A DNA stretch of 56,109 nt from Verrucomicrobiota bacterium (GTDB lineage: Bacteria; Verrucomicrobiota; Verrucomicrobiia; JABWAM01): NCBI GenBank assembly GCA_013288215.1, contig JABDCI010000007.1, forward strand, positions 1 to 56,109, in the 5' to 3' direction. Made by a program: the position numbers and the translations under genes. Below, in pieces: positions 39,722 to 50,450 of this stretch (position 1 is its first letter; each line of letters opens with the position of its first letter). The notes under the pieces are model-generated. The model saw nothing but the letters and a program-made list of their open reading frames with translations, searched no databases and was not told the DNA's origin.

Positions 39722-40024
39722 TTATTTGAGCCGCTTTCTCACGGACTCCACTTTCGAGCGGATCCGACCTCGCCTGCCAGGACGCAGGTCCAACTTGATG
39801 GCTGCCGTCACACGAGAATTCCCCTTGAGCACCTCGCGAACGCAATTTTTGACGACCTCGAAACAGTCGTCGAGGCTGCCCTCAAGAATCGTCCCCATCG
39901 CATGCAGCTCATACTCGAGCCCTGAGCTTTCGATAAGCCGCACACAGCTTGCGACGTACGCGCCCACCGATTCACCCGCACCAAGCGGCGTGACGCTAAA
40001 TTCGACCAAGGTATCTTCGTTCAT
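39722..40024 (-). CDS. MTH1187/YkoF family thiamine-binding protein
   Basis: VEFSVTPLG..ESV..YVA, SGLEYELHAMGTILEG and KLDLRPG. Confidence 0.88.
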   Translation of the reverse strand: MNEDTLVEFSVTPLGAGESVGAYVASCVRLIESSGLEYELHAMGTILEGSLDDCFEVVKNCVREVLKGNSRVTAAIKLDLRPGRRGRIRSKVESVRKRLK

Positions 40025-40067
40025 GAGAAAATGATGCTCGCTCACACCCACCTTTGCCAAGCAGAAG

Positions 40068-41945
40068 TCATTCCAGAAATCGCATGAGCACGTAGAGCGC
40101 CCAATAATAGGACCAGTGGGCGCGTCCTGATTCATAATCCGATTTCCATGATTCGATCTTTCGACGGTCGAGGAACCGGGTCCACACTCCACCCTGTGCG
40201 AGCCGGCGGTTGAAATCCTCGCACACACTTCCCCGCAGCCATTCCTCCCACGGAAACACAAATCCTTGCTTCGGCCTGCGCACCACATCCTGGGGAAGCG
40301 GACGTTTCAAAGCATGACGCAAAACCCATTTCGGATAGCCGTCCCCGGGCACGGGATTCGCCAGGAAACGAAACGCGAAGCGTGCCACTTCGATGTCCAC
40401 CAGGGGAGTGCGCACTTCCAAGCTATGCGCCATCGACATGACATCCGTGTCGCGCAATAATTGCGACCCCATGTAGCGCGTGAACTCCAATCCACCCACG
40501 CCCACCGAATCTGGAAGTTTTTCCGTCGTGACCCACGCCGTTTCGTCAAAAAACCGTTCCTGGGCGCGGCGCGCATGCACCCGCGCGTCAGGAAGAAAAA
40601 GCGACTCGAGCCATTTTCCCACAAAGAGCCCGCGGCAGGCAAGATAACCGCTTCGAAGATCGGCCGGAGAGGATCGGAAAATTTCCGCGACACGGCTGCG
40701 GGATGCATTCGCTCCGCGCACTTCGATCAACGCCGCCGCCGCGGCACGACTCACAGAACCGCCCATCGAGGCCATTCGCATCAAGGTGGCGATCTTCGGA
40801 GCGCGCTCAAATGTGGAATAACCCGCAAACAATTCGTCGCCGCCCACGCCGGAGAGCGCCACCGTCAGGCCGGCGCGCCGCGCCGCTTTGGAAACCATGA
40901 AGGTGTTAAATCCATCGATGCTCGGCAAATCCAGATGCTGAAAGAACACGTCGAGATCGCGCTCAAATTCGGCCCGATCTAATTTTATTTCAGTGTGCGC
41001 TGTCCGATAGAGTTCAGCCGTCTGAAGGGCCAAGGCGCTTTCGTCGAGCGAATGCCCTGGCAGTCCCACAGAAACGGTATGAATCCGATCAGGCGAAACC
41101 TCAGAGGCAAGGCCTGCCAAGGTTCCGCTGTCGATGCCACCGCTCAAAAAAATGCCGATCGGCACATCGCTCGCGAGATGTTTCGACACGGAATCGCGCA
41201 AGAGGCACGCCATCTCCTCCGGATTCGCCGGCGAAGCATGCGCCGCTTCCCGGGAAAATTGGGAGATGATGGAATCCCACTTCGAATGCTTCAAGCCATC
41301 GCGCCGCTCGAGCACTTCACCCGGACGAAGCGCCTTCACGTTGTTGCGATGGGTGCGCCCGGGGGGGACAGAACCCAAAAGAAGAAAATCCGCCACGCCT
41401 TCCTCGTCGAATGCGCGCTTCACGGAAAAAACGTCAAAGGCGCCGATTTCGGAGGCGAATGCAAACCAGTCTTCGTCTTCGTACACGTAGAGCGGCTTGA
41501 TTCCCAGCGGATCGCGCGCGAGTTCCAGCGAGCCTGATTTTTCGTCGTAAACCGCGGCCGCATACATCCCCCGCAATTTACTCCAGGCAGCCTTCCCATG
41601 CTCTTCGATGACATGAACAATCACCTCCGAATCCGATTGGGAGGCAAAGCGGTGGCCCTGATTCAAAAGCGCTTCGCGGAGTTCCCGATAGTTGTAGATC
41701 TCGCCGTTCACCACGGTCGCCAGAGACCTGTCTTCGTTAAAAAGCGGCTGCCGCCCCGCAGGCGACAAGTCTAGGATGGAAAGGCGGCAATGACCCAGCA
41801 CCGTCCCATGACGCCCGTCGATGTGCATTCCCTCATCATCTGGCCCGCGATGCCGCATCGCCGCCATCATCCCGCGGCAGAAACCCGCCGCTTTCTCAAT
41901 GGAACTTTCCAGCCGCTTCGATTGAATTCCACAAATGGCGCACAT
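40068..41945 (-). CDS. asnB: Asparagine synthase (glutamine-hydrolysing)-family amidotransferase
   Basis: N-terminal Cys (MCAICG), HRGPD, NGEIYN, SGGIDS, SGVGGDELFAGY and MAHSLEVRTP. Confidence 0.92.
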   Translation of the reverse strand: MCAICGIQSKRLESSIEKAAGFCRGMMAAMRHRGPDDEGMHIDGRHGTVLGHCRLSILDLSPAGRQPLFNEDRSLATVVNGEIYNYRELREALLNQGHRFASQSDSEVIVHVIEEHGKAAWSKLRGMYAAAVYDEKSGSLELARDPLGIKPLYVYEDEDWFAFASEIGAFDVFSVKRAFDEEGVADFLLLGSVPPGRTHRNNVKALRPGEVLERRDGLKHSKWDSIISQFSREAAHASPANPEEMACLLRDSVSKHLASDVPIGIFLSGGIDSGTLAGLASEVSPDRIHTVSVGLPGHSLDESALALQTAELYRTAHTEIKLDRAEFERDLDVFFQHLDLPSIDGFNTFMVSKAARRAGLTVALSGVGGDELFAGYSTFERAPKIATLMRMASMGGSVSRAAAAALIEVRGANASRSRVAEIFRSSPADLRSGYLACRGLFVGKWLESLFLPDARVHARRAQERFFDETAWVTTEKLPDSVGVGGLEFTRYMGSQLLRDTDVMSMAHSLEVRTPLVDIEVARFAFRFLANPVPGDGYPKWVLRHALKRPLPQDVVRRPKQGFVFPWEEWLRGSVCEDFNRRLAQGGVWTRFLDRRKIESWKSDYESGRAHWSYYWALYVLMRFLE

Positions 41946-41956
41946 AAACGAAACGG

Positions 41957-43681
41957 CTACCTGCCGCGTTCCACCATGAACGATTCCAGGATAAGGACAT
42001 CGATGTTCGTGTTTTGAAAACAATGGATCGCGTCGTCCGGCGTGCAGACGATCGGCTCGCTGTCGTTGAACGAGGTGTTGATCACCAATCCGACGCCGCT
42101 GAGCTTCTTGAATTCGGAAATCAATTCGTAATAGACCGGGTTTTGCTGGGGTGTCACCGTCTGCAGCCGTCCCGTGCCATCCACGTGCAGGGCGCCCGCA
42201 ATTTTAGACGCCTGCGCCGCCCTTGCCTTGTGAACCAGCAGCATGAAGGGCGATGGATCGGATTGTTCGAAAAGTGCGGCGGCCTCCTCCAGCATCAGCG
42301 AGGGCGCGAAGGGCCGGAATGACTCGCGGTGCTTCACGCGCCGATTGAGGATGTCCTTCATGTCGGCGTGGCGCGGGTCGGCAAGGATGCTTCGGTTCCC
42401 CAGGGCGCGCGGCCCAAACTCCATCCGTCCTTGAAACCATCCCACCACCTTGCCTTCCGCGATGCAGCGCGCCGCCGTCTGCACGGCACGTTCAAGACGC
42501 TGGAACGGAAGATTGGCCCGGCGAAGCGCTTTTTCGATCTGGCTCGGGGTGAAAGCCGGGCCCCATGACGCATGGTTCATTTCAAAGGACCGTGGGGCCC
42601 CGCAAATCTGATGCTGCACGTAAAATGCCGCGCCAATCGCGGTGCCGTCGTCGGCAGCCGCAGGCTGAATATAAATTTCCTTGAACGGCGTCTCCGAGAG
42701 GATCCGTCCGTTGACCACGCTGTTCAATGCAACGCCCCCTGCGAAACAGAGGCGCGTCTTCCCCGTATGTCGGGCGAGATGCCGCACGATTTCCAGGATC
42801 ACCTCCTCGACATGAATCTGCATCGACGCCGCGACATCATAAAAATGCTGATTGAGCGGCTCTCCCTTCTGGCGCGCCGGTCCGAGCAGGGTGATCAGCT
42901 TGTCGCTGTAAAGCGTCCCGATCTCCGGCGATCCCTCGGCCCAGCTCATTGCGACGCCGCGCGAGTGATGCGTGAAATAGCCGAGCCCGAGCCGAATCAA
43001 TCCACCCGGATCAAAGCGCAGGAGTTTGCGCATCGACTCGAGATATTTGGGCGTGCCGAAGGAGGCGAGCGCCATCACCTTGCCCTCGTCGCCATAGTGC
43101 GGAAATCCGAGGTATTGGGTGAGCGCGGTGTAAAAAATTCCGATGGAATGCGGAAAGCTGATGCGCTGCAGCACCTCCATCTGATTCCCCTTGCCGGTCG
43201 CGATCAGACCGCTGCAAAAATCCCCGAAGCCATCGAGCGTGAGGATGGCGGAGTCGTCGAATGGCGACACAAAAAACGCGCTCGCCGCATGTGCGAGGTG
43301 ATGCTCCACGCAATGGAAGTGGACGTGCGGCGGAAGCCCCCCGGACCATAATTCGGCGAAATGGTTGCGGGTTGAGCCGACAGAGATCGTGCTTTGAGCC
43401 GATTTCCATGCATTCTTTTTCCGCCACAGGCCGGACGACAGCACATGCCACACCTTGTGCGGCAGATTCGCGGTGGGTTTGCGCGAAATGGCAACGTGGT
43501 CGAGGTCGGCGAGTTGCAGGCCCACTTCCCGCAGGCAATATTCGACCGCCAGCTTCGGAAATCCGGCGCAATGCTTCTGGCGATTGAAGCGTTCTTCCGC
43601 GGCGGCTGCGATCAGACGTCCATCGATGATCAACGCCGCCGCCGCATCGCCATGATAGGCATTCAGGCCGAGGATCTTCAT
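41957..43681 (-). CDS. Carbamoyltransferase (NodU/CmcH family)
   Basis: HGDAAAAL, EERFNRQKH, EHHLAHAAS, GGVALN, EFGPRALGNRS, FRPFAP and INTSFN. Confidence 0.93.
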   Translation of the reverse strand: MKILGLNAYHGDAAAALIIDGRLIAAAAEERFNRQKHCAGFPKLAVEYCLREVGLQLADLDHVAISRKPTANLPHKVWHVLSSGLWRKKNAWKSAQSTISVGSTRNHFAELWSGGLPPHVHFHCVEHHLAHAASAFFVSPFDDSAILTLDGFGDFCSGLIATGKGNQMEVLQRISFPHSIGIFYTALTQYLGFPHYGDEGKVMALASFGTPKYLESMRKLLRFDPGGLIRLGLGYFTHHSRGVAMSWAEGSPEIGTLYSDKLITLLGPARQKGEPLNQHFYDVAASMQIHVEEVILEIVRHLARHTGKTRLCFAGGVALNSVVNGRILSETPFKEIYIQPAAADDGTAIGAAFYVQHQICGAPRSFEMNHASWGPAFTPSQIEKALRRANLPFQRLERAVQTAARCIAEGKVVGWFQGRMEFGPRALGNRSILADPRHADMKDILNRRVKHRESFRPFAPSLMLEEAAALFEQSDPSPFMLLVHKARAAQASKIAGALHVDGTGRLQTVTPQQNPVYYELISEFKKLSGVGLVINTSFNDSEPIVCTPDDAIHCFQNTNIDVLILESFMVERGR

Positions 43682-43779
43682 GGATGGCACACACGTACAT
43701 CATTCCCGTCCAAGTGTGAAACAGATTCAAACAGATCCTCGACAAGCTCCTGCGGGTGACTTAAGCAGGGGAAATCCGA

Positions 43780-45723
43780 ATGGCTCTTCGCATCCTTTAT
43801 CTGACGGTCGCGTGCGCGCTGCTTGCCGGGTGCAGCAACAATCCCCATCCGCCACCGTTCCGTGAAAAACGCGCCGATGGAACGCCGTGGCAAGCCTCTT
43901 ATCGTCCATTTCCCGACGATCCGCGGTCGCTGGATCCGCAATTCAGCTACGACACGCTCGGCCATGCTGTCGTCAGCCTCGTTTACGAGGAAATGCTGGA
44001 ATATCACCCTCTCAAGACCGATCCGTATGAATTAATTCCATGCCTCGCAGACGGGATGCCCGAGCCCATTTCCGGATCGGATGGAACACTCGCTTACAGA
44101 TTTCGAATCAAACGCGGCGTTTATTTCCACGATGATCCCTGTTTCAGCAGCGGAAAAGGCCGCGAACTGGTCGCCGCGGACATGGCATATGCCTTCAACC
44201 GAATCGCGGATCCCAAAGTGGAATGCCCCGTCCTCTCCACCCTCGCCGAGTTTGTGGTCGGCCTTCAAGAGCGCAACGATGAGGCGAAGAGAACAAAATC
44301 GTTTGATTATTCGAAACCATTTCCCGGCATTCGCGTGATCGATGACCACACGTTCGACATTCTGTTGCTCAAACCATTTCCCCAGCTTCTTTACTGGATG
44401 GCCATGCCGTTCACCGCACCGGTTCCCCGCGAGGCGGTTGAATATTATGATGGCAGGTCACACGACGGCACCATTCGACAGCAATTCAAATTCAAGCCCG
44501 TCGGCACCGGACCCTTTCGCCTCGTGGAATGGAAGAAGGGCCTTTCGCTGCGGTTGATCCGGAACGACAACTACACCGCGACGCGATTTCCGACCGAAGG
44601 CTGGCCCGCCGCGGATGCGGCGCGCTACCAGGCCATGGCCGGAAAACCAATTCCCTTCCTCGACGAAGTGGATTTTCGGATCATTCGTGAGAGCATTCCG
44701 GCGTGGCTCCTTTTTCGCCAGGGTTATGTCGAAGCGGCGGGACTCGGCAAGGACGTGTTCGACACGGCGGTGAGCGCGCGGCAGGAATTGACGCCTGAAT
44801 ATCAGGCACGCGGCGTCTGGCTCTACAAGGATGCGGAACCCTCCACCTTTTATTTCCAGTTCAACATGCAAAATCCTGTGGTTGGAAAAAATCGCAAGCT
44901 GCGGCAGGCCATTTCCGCCGTTTATGACGTCGACCTGGAAATTGATATTTTCATGAACGGCATCTATCTCAATGCCCAGCAGTTGCTTCCCCCGGGTGTT
45001 TATGGATATCAGGCCGATTTCAAAGATCCCTATCGCCAGCACAATGTCGAGCAGGCGCGGCAACTTCTGGCCGAGGCGGGTTATCCCAACGGCTATGACG
45101 CAAAAACAGGCAAGCAACTTCAACTCACGCTCGACCTGACCGTCGATGACGCGGAGAGCCGGCAGCTTGCGGAGTTCGAAAAGGAACAGATCGAGAAATT
45201 GGGAATCTCCGTCAAGGTGGAAGAAAACCTCTGGGCAACCCAACAGGACAAAATGGATCGTGGAAATTTCCAGTTTACCGCTTCCGGATGGAACGCCGAC
45301 TATCCCGATCCCGAAAATTTTTTCTTCCTTTTTTACGGGAAAAACATTCCACCGGAGGGCAACAACAACAGCCGCTATGCCAATCCCGAGTTCGACCGCC
45401 TTTTTGAAAAGATGCGCGCCATGGAAAACTCACCAGAACGCCTCGATCTCATCCATCGGCTGAACGCCATCCTTACGGAGGATTGTCCGATGATTCCGCT
45501 CTATCATCCAGTCGCCTTCCATTTGAGCCAGCCCTGGGCGCCGCGCGTCGTCCTGAACCCACTCGTGAGCAACGGGCTTAAATACACGCAGATCGACGTG
45601 GCGATGCGGAAGCAAAAGCAGGTCGAATGGAATCGAAAACCGATGTGGCCGCTCGCTGGAATCGCCGCTTTCCTTGCCGCCGCGGGCATGTTTGCATACC
45701 GATGGAGTCAACGACATGGCTAG
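43780..45723 (+). CDS. Opp/Dpp-type ABC transporter substrate-binding lipoprotein
   Basis: Lipobox LAGC, SLDPQ, PVGTGPF, WNADYPDPENF, and a C-terminal hydrophobic helix. Confidence 0.9.
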   Translation: MALRILYLTVACALLAGCSNNPHPPPFREKRADGTPWQASYRPFPDDPRSLDPQFSYDTLGHAVVSLVYEEMLEYHPLKTDPYELIPCLADGMPEPISGSDGTLAYRFRIKRGVYFHDDPCFSSGKGRELVAADMAYAFNRIADPKVECPVLSTLAEFVVGLQERNDEAKRTKSFDYSKPFPGIRVIDDHTFDILLLKPFPQLLYWMAMPFTAPVPREAVEYYDGRSHDGTIRQQFKFKPVGTGPFRLVEWKKGLSLRLIRNDNYTATRFPTEGWPAADAARYQAMAGKPIPFLDEVDFRIIRESIPAWLLFRQGYVEAAGLGKDVFDTAVSARQELTPEYQARGVWLYKDAEPSTFYFQFNMQNPVVGKNRKLRQAISAVYDVDLEIDIFMNGIYLNAQQLLPPGVYGYQADFKDPYRQHNVEQARQLLAEAGYPNGYDAKTGKQLQLTLDLTVDDAESRQLAEFEKEQIEKLGISVKVEENLWATQQDKMDRGNFQFTASGWNADYPDPENFFFLFYGKNIPPEGNNNSRYANPEFDRLFEKMRAMENSPERLDLIHRLNAILTEDCPMIPLYHPVAFHLSQPWAPRVVLNPLVSNGLKYTQIDVAMRKQKQVEWNRKPMWPLAGIAAFLAAAGMFAYRWSQRHG

Positions 45724-46690
45724 TTACCTGATCCGGCGCATTCTCTACATGGTGCCTATCATTTTCGGCGTGATGGTGATCACGTTCGTCCTTTTCTTCG
45801 TGGTCCAGTCGCCGACGGCCATGGCGAAACGCATTCTCGGACCGAAGGCAAAACCGGAAGCCATCCAGAACTGGCTGCACAATCGCGGTTACGACAAACC
45901 CCGCTTCATCAACACCCAGCCCGGCGCAACATGGTGGGATTCTCAATTCGTGCATCAGATGAAAGCCCTGGCGACGTTTGATCTCGGCTATTCCGACGCG
46001 ACTGGAGAGAGCATCGCCCGCATGTTCCGGCAGGGCGCCATTCCCTCGCTTCTGATCACGGTGCCGAGCTTTATCTTCGGATTTTTGATCTCCCTCAGCG
46101 CGGCGTTGTTTTTCGTCTTCGTCCGCGATTCGCGCACGGATTTGTTTGGCGTCATCCTTTGCGTTGCGATGATGAGCATTCCCATCCAGGTGTACGTGAT
46201 TTTTGGGCAGTGGCTCATCGCCGTGAAAACCTCCTATCTTCCCGCGTTCGGCTTTTACCTGTCGGGCGCTTCGACGATCAAATTTTTGGTTCTCCCGGTG
46301 ATCCTCTATACGCTCGCCGATCTCGGGGGTGAAGTCCGGTTGTATCGCACCATCTTTCTCGAGGAGATTCATCAGGAATACGTGAAAACCGCACAGGCCA
46401 AGGGCGTCTCGCCGGCGCGCGTGCTTTTTGTGCACGTGCTGAAAAATGGAATGATTTCGATTATCACGCTCGTGGTGGCCTCGCTTCCCTTCCTCATCAT
46501 CGGCTCGCTTGTGCTTGAAAACTTCTTCGGCATTCCTGGCCTTGGCAATCTCACGGTCAACGCCATCCGCACTTCGGACTTCGCCGTCGTGCGCACGACC
46601 GTTTACCTGGGATCGCTGCTCTATCTCGTGGGATTGTTGCTCACGGACATTTGCTACGCTGCCGTGGATCCCCGCATTCGATTCCAATGA
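45716..46690 (+). CDS. Opp/Dpp ABC permease (OppB-like)
   Basis: YLIRRIL, EYVKTAQAKG, VLKN, FGIPGLG and VDPRI. Confidence 0.92.
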   Translation: MASYLIRRILYMVPIIFGVMVITFVLFFVVQSPTAMAKRILGPKAKPEAIQNWLHNRGYDKPRFINTQPGATWWDSQFVHQMKALATFDLGYSDATGESIARMFRQGAIPSLLITVPSFIFGFLISLSAALFFVFVRDSRTDLFGVILCVAMMSIPIQVYVIFGQWLIAVKTSYLPAFGFYLSGASTIKFLVLPVILYTLADLGGEVRLYRTIFLEEIHQEYVKTAQAKGVSPARVLFVHVLKNGMISIITLVVASLPFLIIGSLVLENFFGIPGLGNLTVNAIRTSDFAVVRTTVYLGSLLYLVGLLLTDICYAAVDPRIRFQ

Positions 46691-47709
46691 ATTTCCCCCT
46701 CTGGATTCAAAATCTCGCCATATTCCTGCTGGCGGCCTCGATGGGCTCGGCATTCTGGTTCGTGGCCCGCTCACCGCGCTGGCAACGCGCCACACGGCGC
46801 TTTCGCAACGACAAAGTCGGTCTCCTGTCCGCCTGCGTGATCTCGGTCTATCTTTTCATCGGTTTGCTCGATTCTGTGCAAATCCCTGCCGGTCCGCATC
46901 GCGATCGCACCGCCCTGGACTGGATGTTTCATGGGATAAAGAGGGAACGCACCTACAGCGCGCCGCTGGCATCCACAAGCTATTCGGCAACCCGCCCTCA
47001 ACCGCTCGAAGGGCGTCACGTTCTGGGCACCGATGTTTTAGGCAAGGACGTGTTACTCCAGACACTCAAAGCCTGCCGCACCGCGCTCATCATCGGTGGA
47101 CTCACCAGCATGATTTACATTCCCCTTGGCACTCTTTTTGGCGTTCTCGCCGGCTACTATCGGCGATGGGTCGATGACGTGATTCAATATATCTACAGCA
47201 CCCTCGCGACAATCCCAAGCATTCTACTCCTCATCGCCATCATCATGGCATTGGGCAAGGGCCTTCCCCAAATTTCCATTGCGCTGGGTGTCACGGCGTG
47301 GGTTGGCCTTTGCCGTCTCATTCGTGGCGAAACGATGCGTCAATCGCAACGCGCGTACGTCGAAGCGGCGCGCGCGTTGGGACAAAGCCATCGACAGATC
47401 ATTTGCCGGCATATTCTCCCCAATGTGATGCATCTGGTCATTATCAATTTCATTCTGGGGTTTTCCGGGTTCGTCATGACCGAGTCGATTTTGAGCTACC
47501 TCGGCGTCGGCGTTCCGGTCGGAACACCTTCGTGGGGTCAGATGATCGATTCCGCACGCATGGAACTCGCCCGGGAGCCGGCCGTATGGTGGAACCTGGG
47601 AGCTTCGGCATGCGCCCTTTTCTTCCTCGTCCTGGCTCTCAACCTCCTCGGCGACGCCTTGCGCCGCGCTTTCGACCCACGCGGTTCCTCTGTTTCTGTA
47701 TCGCGCTGA
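46687..47709 (+). CDS. Opp/Dpp ABC permease (OppC-like)
   Basis: HVLGTDVLGKD, YVEAARALG, HILPN, ESILSYLG and GDALRRAFDP. Confidence 0.92.
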   Translation: MNFPLWIQNLAIFLLAASMGSAFWFVARSPRWQRATRRFRNDKVGLLSACVISVYLFIGLLDSVQIPAGPHRDRTALDWMFHGIKRERTYSAPLASTSYSATRPQPLEGRHVLGTDVLGKDVLLQTLKACRTALIIGGLTSMIYIPLGTLFGVLAGYYRRWVDDVIQYIYSTLATIPSILLLIAIIMALGKGLPQISIALGVTAWVGLCRLIRGETMRQSQRAYVEAARALGQSHRQIICRHILPNVMHLVIINFILGFSGFVMTESILSYLGVGVPVGTPSWGQMIDSARMELAREPAVWWNLGASACALFFLVLALNLLGDALRRAFDPRGSSVSVSR

Positions 47710-47786
47710 AAAGACCGTGTCGAAAAGGGAGCCATCTTTGCAAATTCACGCTTTTTCCAGATGTTGGATCCTGTTAAATTTAAAGC

Positions 47787-48626
47787 ATGTCGCTCCTTGA
47801 AGTTCGCAATCTTCGCATTCAATTCGTGACGGAAGAGGGAGAGACTCAAGCCGTTGACGATATCAGCTTCTTCGTGGACTCTGGCGAAACCGTGGCGCTT
47901 GTGGGAGAAAGCGGCAGCGGCAAAAGCGTGACCGCTCTCTCGCTTTCCCGCTTGGTTCCAACCCCGCCCGCCCGATATCAGGGCGGACAGATTTTATTCG
48001 AAGGGAAAGATGTCCTTCAATTTTCAAAACGCCAGCTCCAAGACCTTCGTGGGGGAAAAATCGCTTACGTGTTCCAGGAGCCTTCCACCTCGCTGAATCC
48101 TGTGTTCCGAGTCCGCAATCAAATTGCCGAGGCGATCCATCTCCATCGGCGTGACGTGCAAGACGTCCGGGCAGAGATTCTGAATATCCTGGATCTTGTC
48201 GGCATTCGCGATCCGATTCGCGCCATGGAAGCCTATCCGCACCAATTGTCGGGAGGCATGCAACAGCGTGTGATGATCGCAATGGCGCTCGCATGCCGGC
48301 CAAAGCTCCTTGTGGCAGATGAGCCCACCACCGCTCTCGACGTGACCATCCAGGCGCAAATTCTCAACCTTCTCCGCGAGCTTCGAAAAAAACTCGGGAT
48401 GGCGGTGTTGCTGATCACCCACAACTTCGCGATCGTCTCGAATTTGGCAGATCGTGTGCTTGTGATGTATCGTGGCAAGATTGTGGAACAAGGGCCAACT
48501 CAGGAGGTTTTGCACCATCCGAAACATCCCTACACCCAAGCGCTTCTTGCATGCATCCCAAAGATCGGCTCGATGGAGCGGCGGTTGACGACCATTGATC
48601 ACGAGGCCCTCGCGCGCATGAGTTGA
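47787..48626 (+). CDS. Opp/Dpp ABC ATPase (OppD-like)
   Basis: [20 protein letters not shown] and DEPTTALD. Confidence 0.94.
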   Translation: MSLLEVRNLRIQFVTEEGETQAVDDISFFVDSGETVALVGESGSGKSVTALSLSRLVPTPPARYQGGQILFEGKDVLQFSKRQLQDLRGGKIAYVFQEPSTSLNPVFRVRNQIAEAIHLHRRDVQDVRAEILNILDLVGIRDPIRAMEAYPHQLSGGMQQRVMIAMALACRPKLLVADEPTTALDVTIQAQILNLLRELRKKLGMAVLLITHNFAIVSNLADRVLVMYRGKIVEQGPTQEVLHHPKHPYTQALLACIPKIGSMERRLTTIDHEALARMS

Positions 48627-49447
48627 TGAACACCGAGTCCAATTTTTCCAAGAATCCCAAACTTCTGCTCGAAGTGCGCGAGCTTTGCGTGCACTTTCCC
48701 ATCCGAAGCGGACTTCTTTCCAGCGTCCAAAGTGTCGTCAAGGCTGTTGATGGTGTCTCGTTTGAAATTGCGCCGGGTGAAACGCTGGGTCTCGTCGGCG
48801 AAAGCGGCAGTGGAAAGACCACGGTCGGCCGCGCTCTGATCCGGCTCGCCCCCATTACAAGCGGCGACATTTTTTGGAAGAGTGACGACATCACACGCCT
48901 GCCCGAATCCCAATTTCGTTCGCTCCGCAAAGAAATCCAGATGATCTTCCAAGATCCTTTCGGCTCTTTGAATCCAAGACTCACGATTGGATCCATCGTG
49001 GGCGAGGCGCTCGAAATTCATTTTCCAGAGCTCAATCTCAAGGAACGCAAAGCGCGTGTGGCGGAGCTATTGAACCAGGTGGGGCTTTTGCCAGAGCACA
49101 CTCGGCGTTATCCGCACGAATTCAGTGGAGGCCAGCGCCAGCGTATCGGCATTGCCCGCGCATTGGCTGTTCATCCGCAACTGATCATTTGCGATGAGCC
49201 CGTCAGCGCACTCGATGTCTCGGTGCAGGCTCAAATCATCAACCTTCTTCAGGACCTGCAAGAACAGATGGGCCTCTCCTACCTTTTCATCGGCCATGAT
49301 CTGGGAGTGGTTCAGCACATGAGCGACCGCATCATGGTCATGAATGAAGGCAAGATCGTCGAGGCCGGAGACTGCAAGTCCATCTATCAGTCACCCCAAC
49401 ATCCCTACACCCAAAAGCTGCTCGCTGCCGTGCCAACCCTTGCATGA
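48623..49447 (+). CDS. Opp/Dpp ABC ATPase (OppF-like)
   Basis: [20 protein letters not shown] and DEPVSALD. Confidence 0.94.
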   Translation: MMNTESNFSKNPKLLLEVRELCVHFPIRSGLLSSVQSVVKAVDGVSFEIAPGETLGLVGESGSGKTTVGRALIRLAPITSGDIFWKSDDITRLPESQFRSLRKEIQMIFQDPFGSLNPRLTIGSIVGEALEIHFPELNLKERKARVAELLNQVGLLPEHTRRYPHEFSGGQRQRIGIARALAVHPQLIICDEPVSALDVSVQAQIINLLQDLQEQMGLSYLFIGHDLGVVQHMSDRIMVMNEGKIVEAGDCKSIYQSPQHPYTQKLLAAVPTLA

Positions 49448-50319
49448 CATTTCCCGCCCATCCACATCCCGATGAAGTGTTGATCGATCCGCATTCGCAC
49501 AGCAAATATTCCGACGGACTGTCGACGCCGCGACGGATGTTCCTCCACGCAAAACGGCGCGGATTGCGCGGCCTTGTCATCACGGACCACGACACCGTCA
49601 AGCATTGGGAGGAAAGCCTGGAAGCCGCCCGTCACTCCCGCATGGCGACTGCCCTGGGCGTCGAAGTTTCCACCGCACAGGGTCACATGCTTGCATTCTT
49701 CGAATCTACCGCAAACGCGCGGAGCGTCGCACGGGCCCTCAAACTCGATCAGGGCGTGATTCACTATCTCGATGCGGATTCCGTCATCCGCCGCGTGCGC
49801 GACCTTGGGGGTGTGCTCGTCGTCCCGCATCCTTTCGGCCCCTTCTACCCCATGGGAAGCCGTTACCTCGACAAGGTCGACGGCATTGAGGAATACAATT
49901 CGTGGATCTTTCAGGATACACGCCGTTATCGCAACGCCTTCGATTACGCGAAGAAATACAAGATCGCCGCGTTGGGTGGCAGTGACAGCCATTATCCTTA
50001 CACCGTCGGATTTGGAGCCACAGCCGTTCCAGTCGATACTGATTTCAACAAGCCGGACTGGTTCCTGCAATGCATCCTGCACAGGAAAACGCGGCCCATC
50101 GTCCAGCAGCGCCAGGTCCATCGCCGAATCAATTTCATCAAGTCGACGGTCAGCATCCCCCTGAATATGCGTTACAACGTCAAATTCTTCCGCTCCAAAT
50201 GGCAAAATTATTGGCGTCAAAACTATCGCGAGCTGCTTCAGCGCGGGCTTTTCAAAGGGCCCCAGGAAGATGAACCGTTGCTTTCAAAAACGACGCATGA
50301 GGATGGATCTCAGAAGTAA
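49444..50319 (+). CDS. PHP-domain metal-dependent phosphoesterase
   Basis: [28 protein letters not shown] and GGSDSH; ATGA overlap with the ABC ATPase. Confidence 0.88.
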   Translation: MTFPAHPHPDEVLIDPHSHSKYSDGLSTPRRMFLHAKRRGLRGLVITDHDTVKHWEESLEAARHSRMATALGVEVSTAQGHMLAFFESTANARSVARALKLDQGVIHYLDADSVIRRVRDLGGVLVVPHPFGPFYPMGSRYLDKVDGIEEYNSWIFQDTRRYRNAFDYAKKYKIAALGGSDSHYPYTVGFGATAVPVDTDFNKPDWFLQCILHRKTRPIVQQRQVHRRINFIKSTVSIPLNMRYNVKFFRSKWQNYWRQNYRELLQRGLFKGPQEDEPLLSKTTHEDGSQK

Positions 50320-50450
50320 GTCTTGATCCCGTGATGGTTTCTGGGAGTGGAAGTCCAGAATCAGCCGATGGAGGGCAGCCCGGGCTAAAGATCATGTGAA
50401 GGCCGGCGGTTACACCGGCCATCAACGGCTCTTTTAGAAGAGATGTGAAA

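Noticed and set aside
50320-50450. Hairpins between the convergent PHP and pnp genes (GGCCGG/CCGGCC, TTCTGG/CCAGAA, CTCTT/AAGAG)
   Set aside because: No convincing U-tract on either strand, so a terminator cannot be called.
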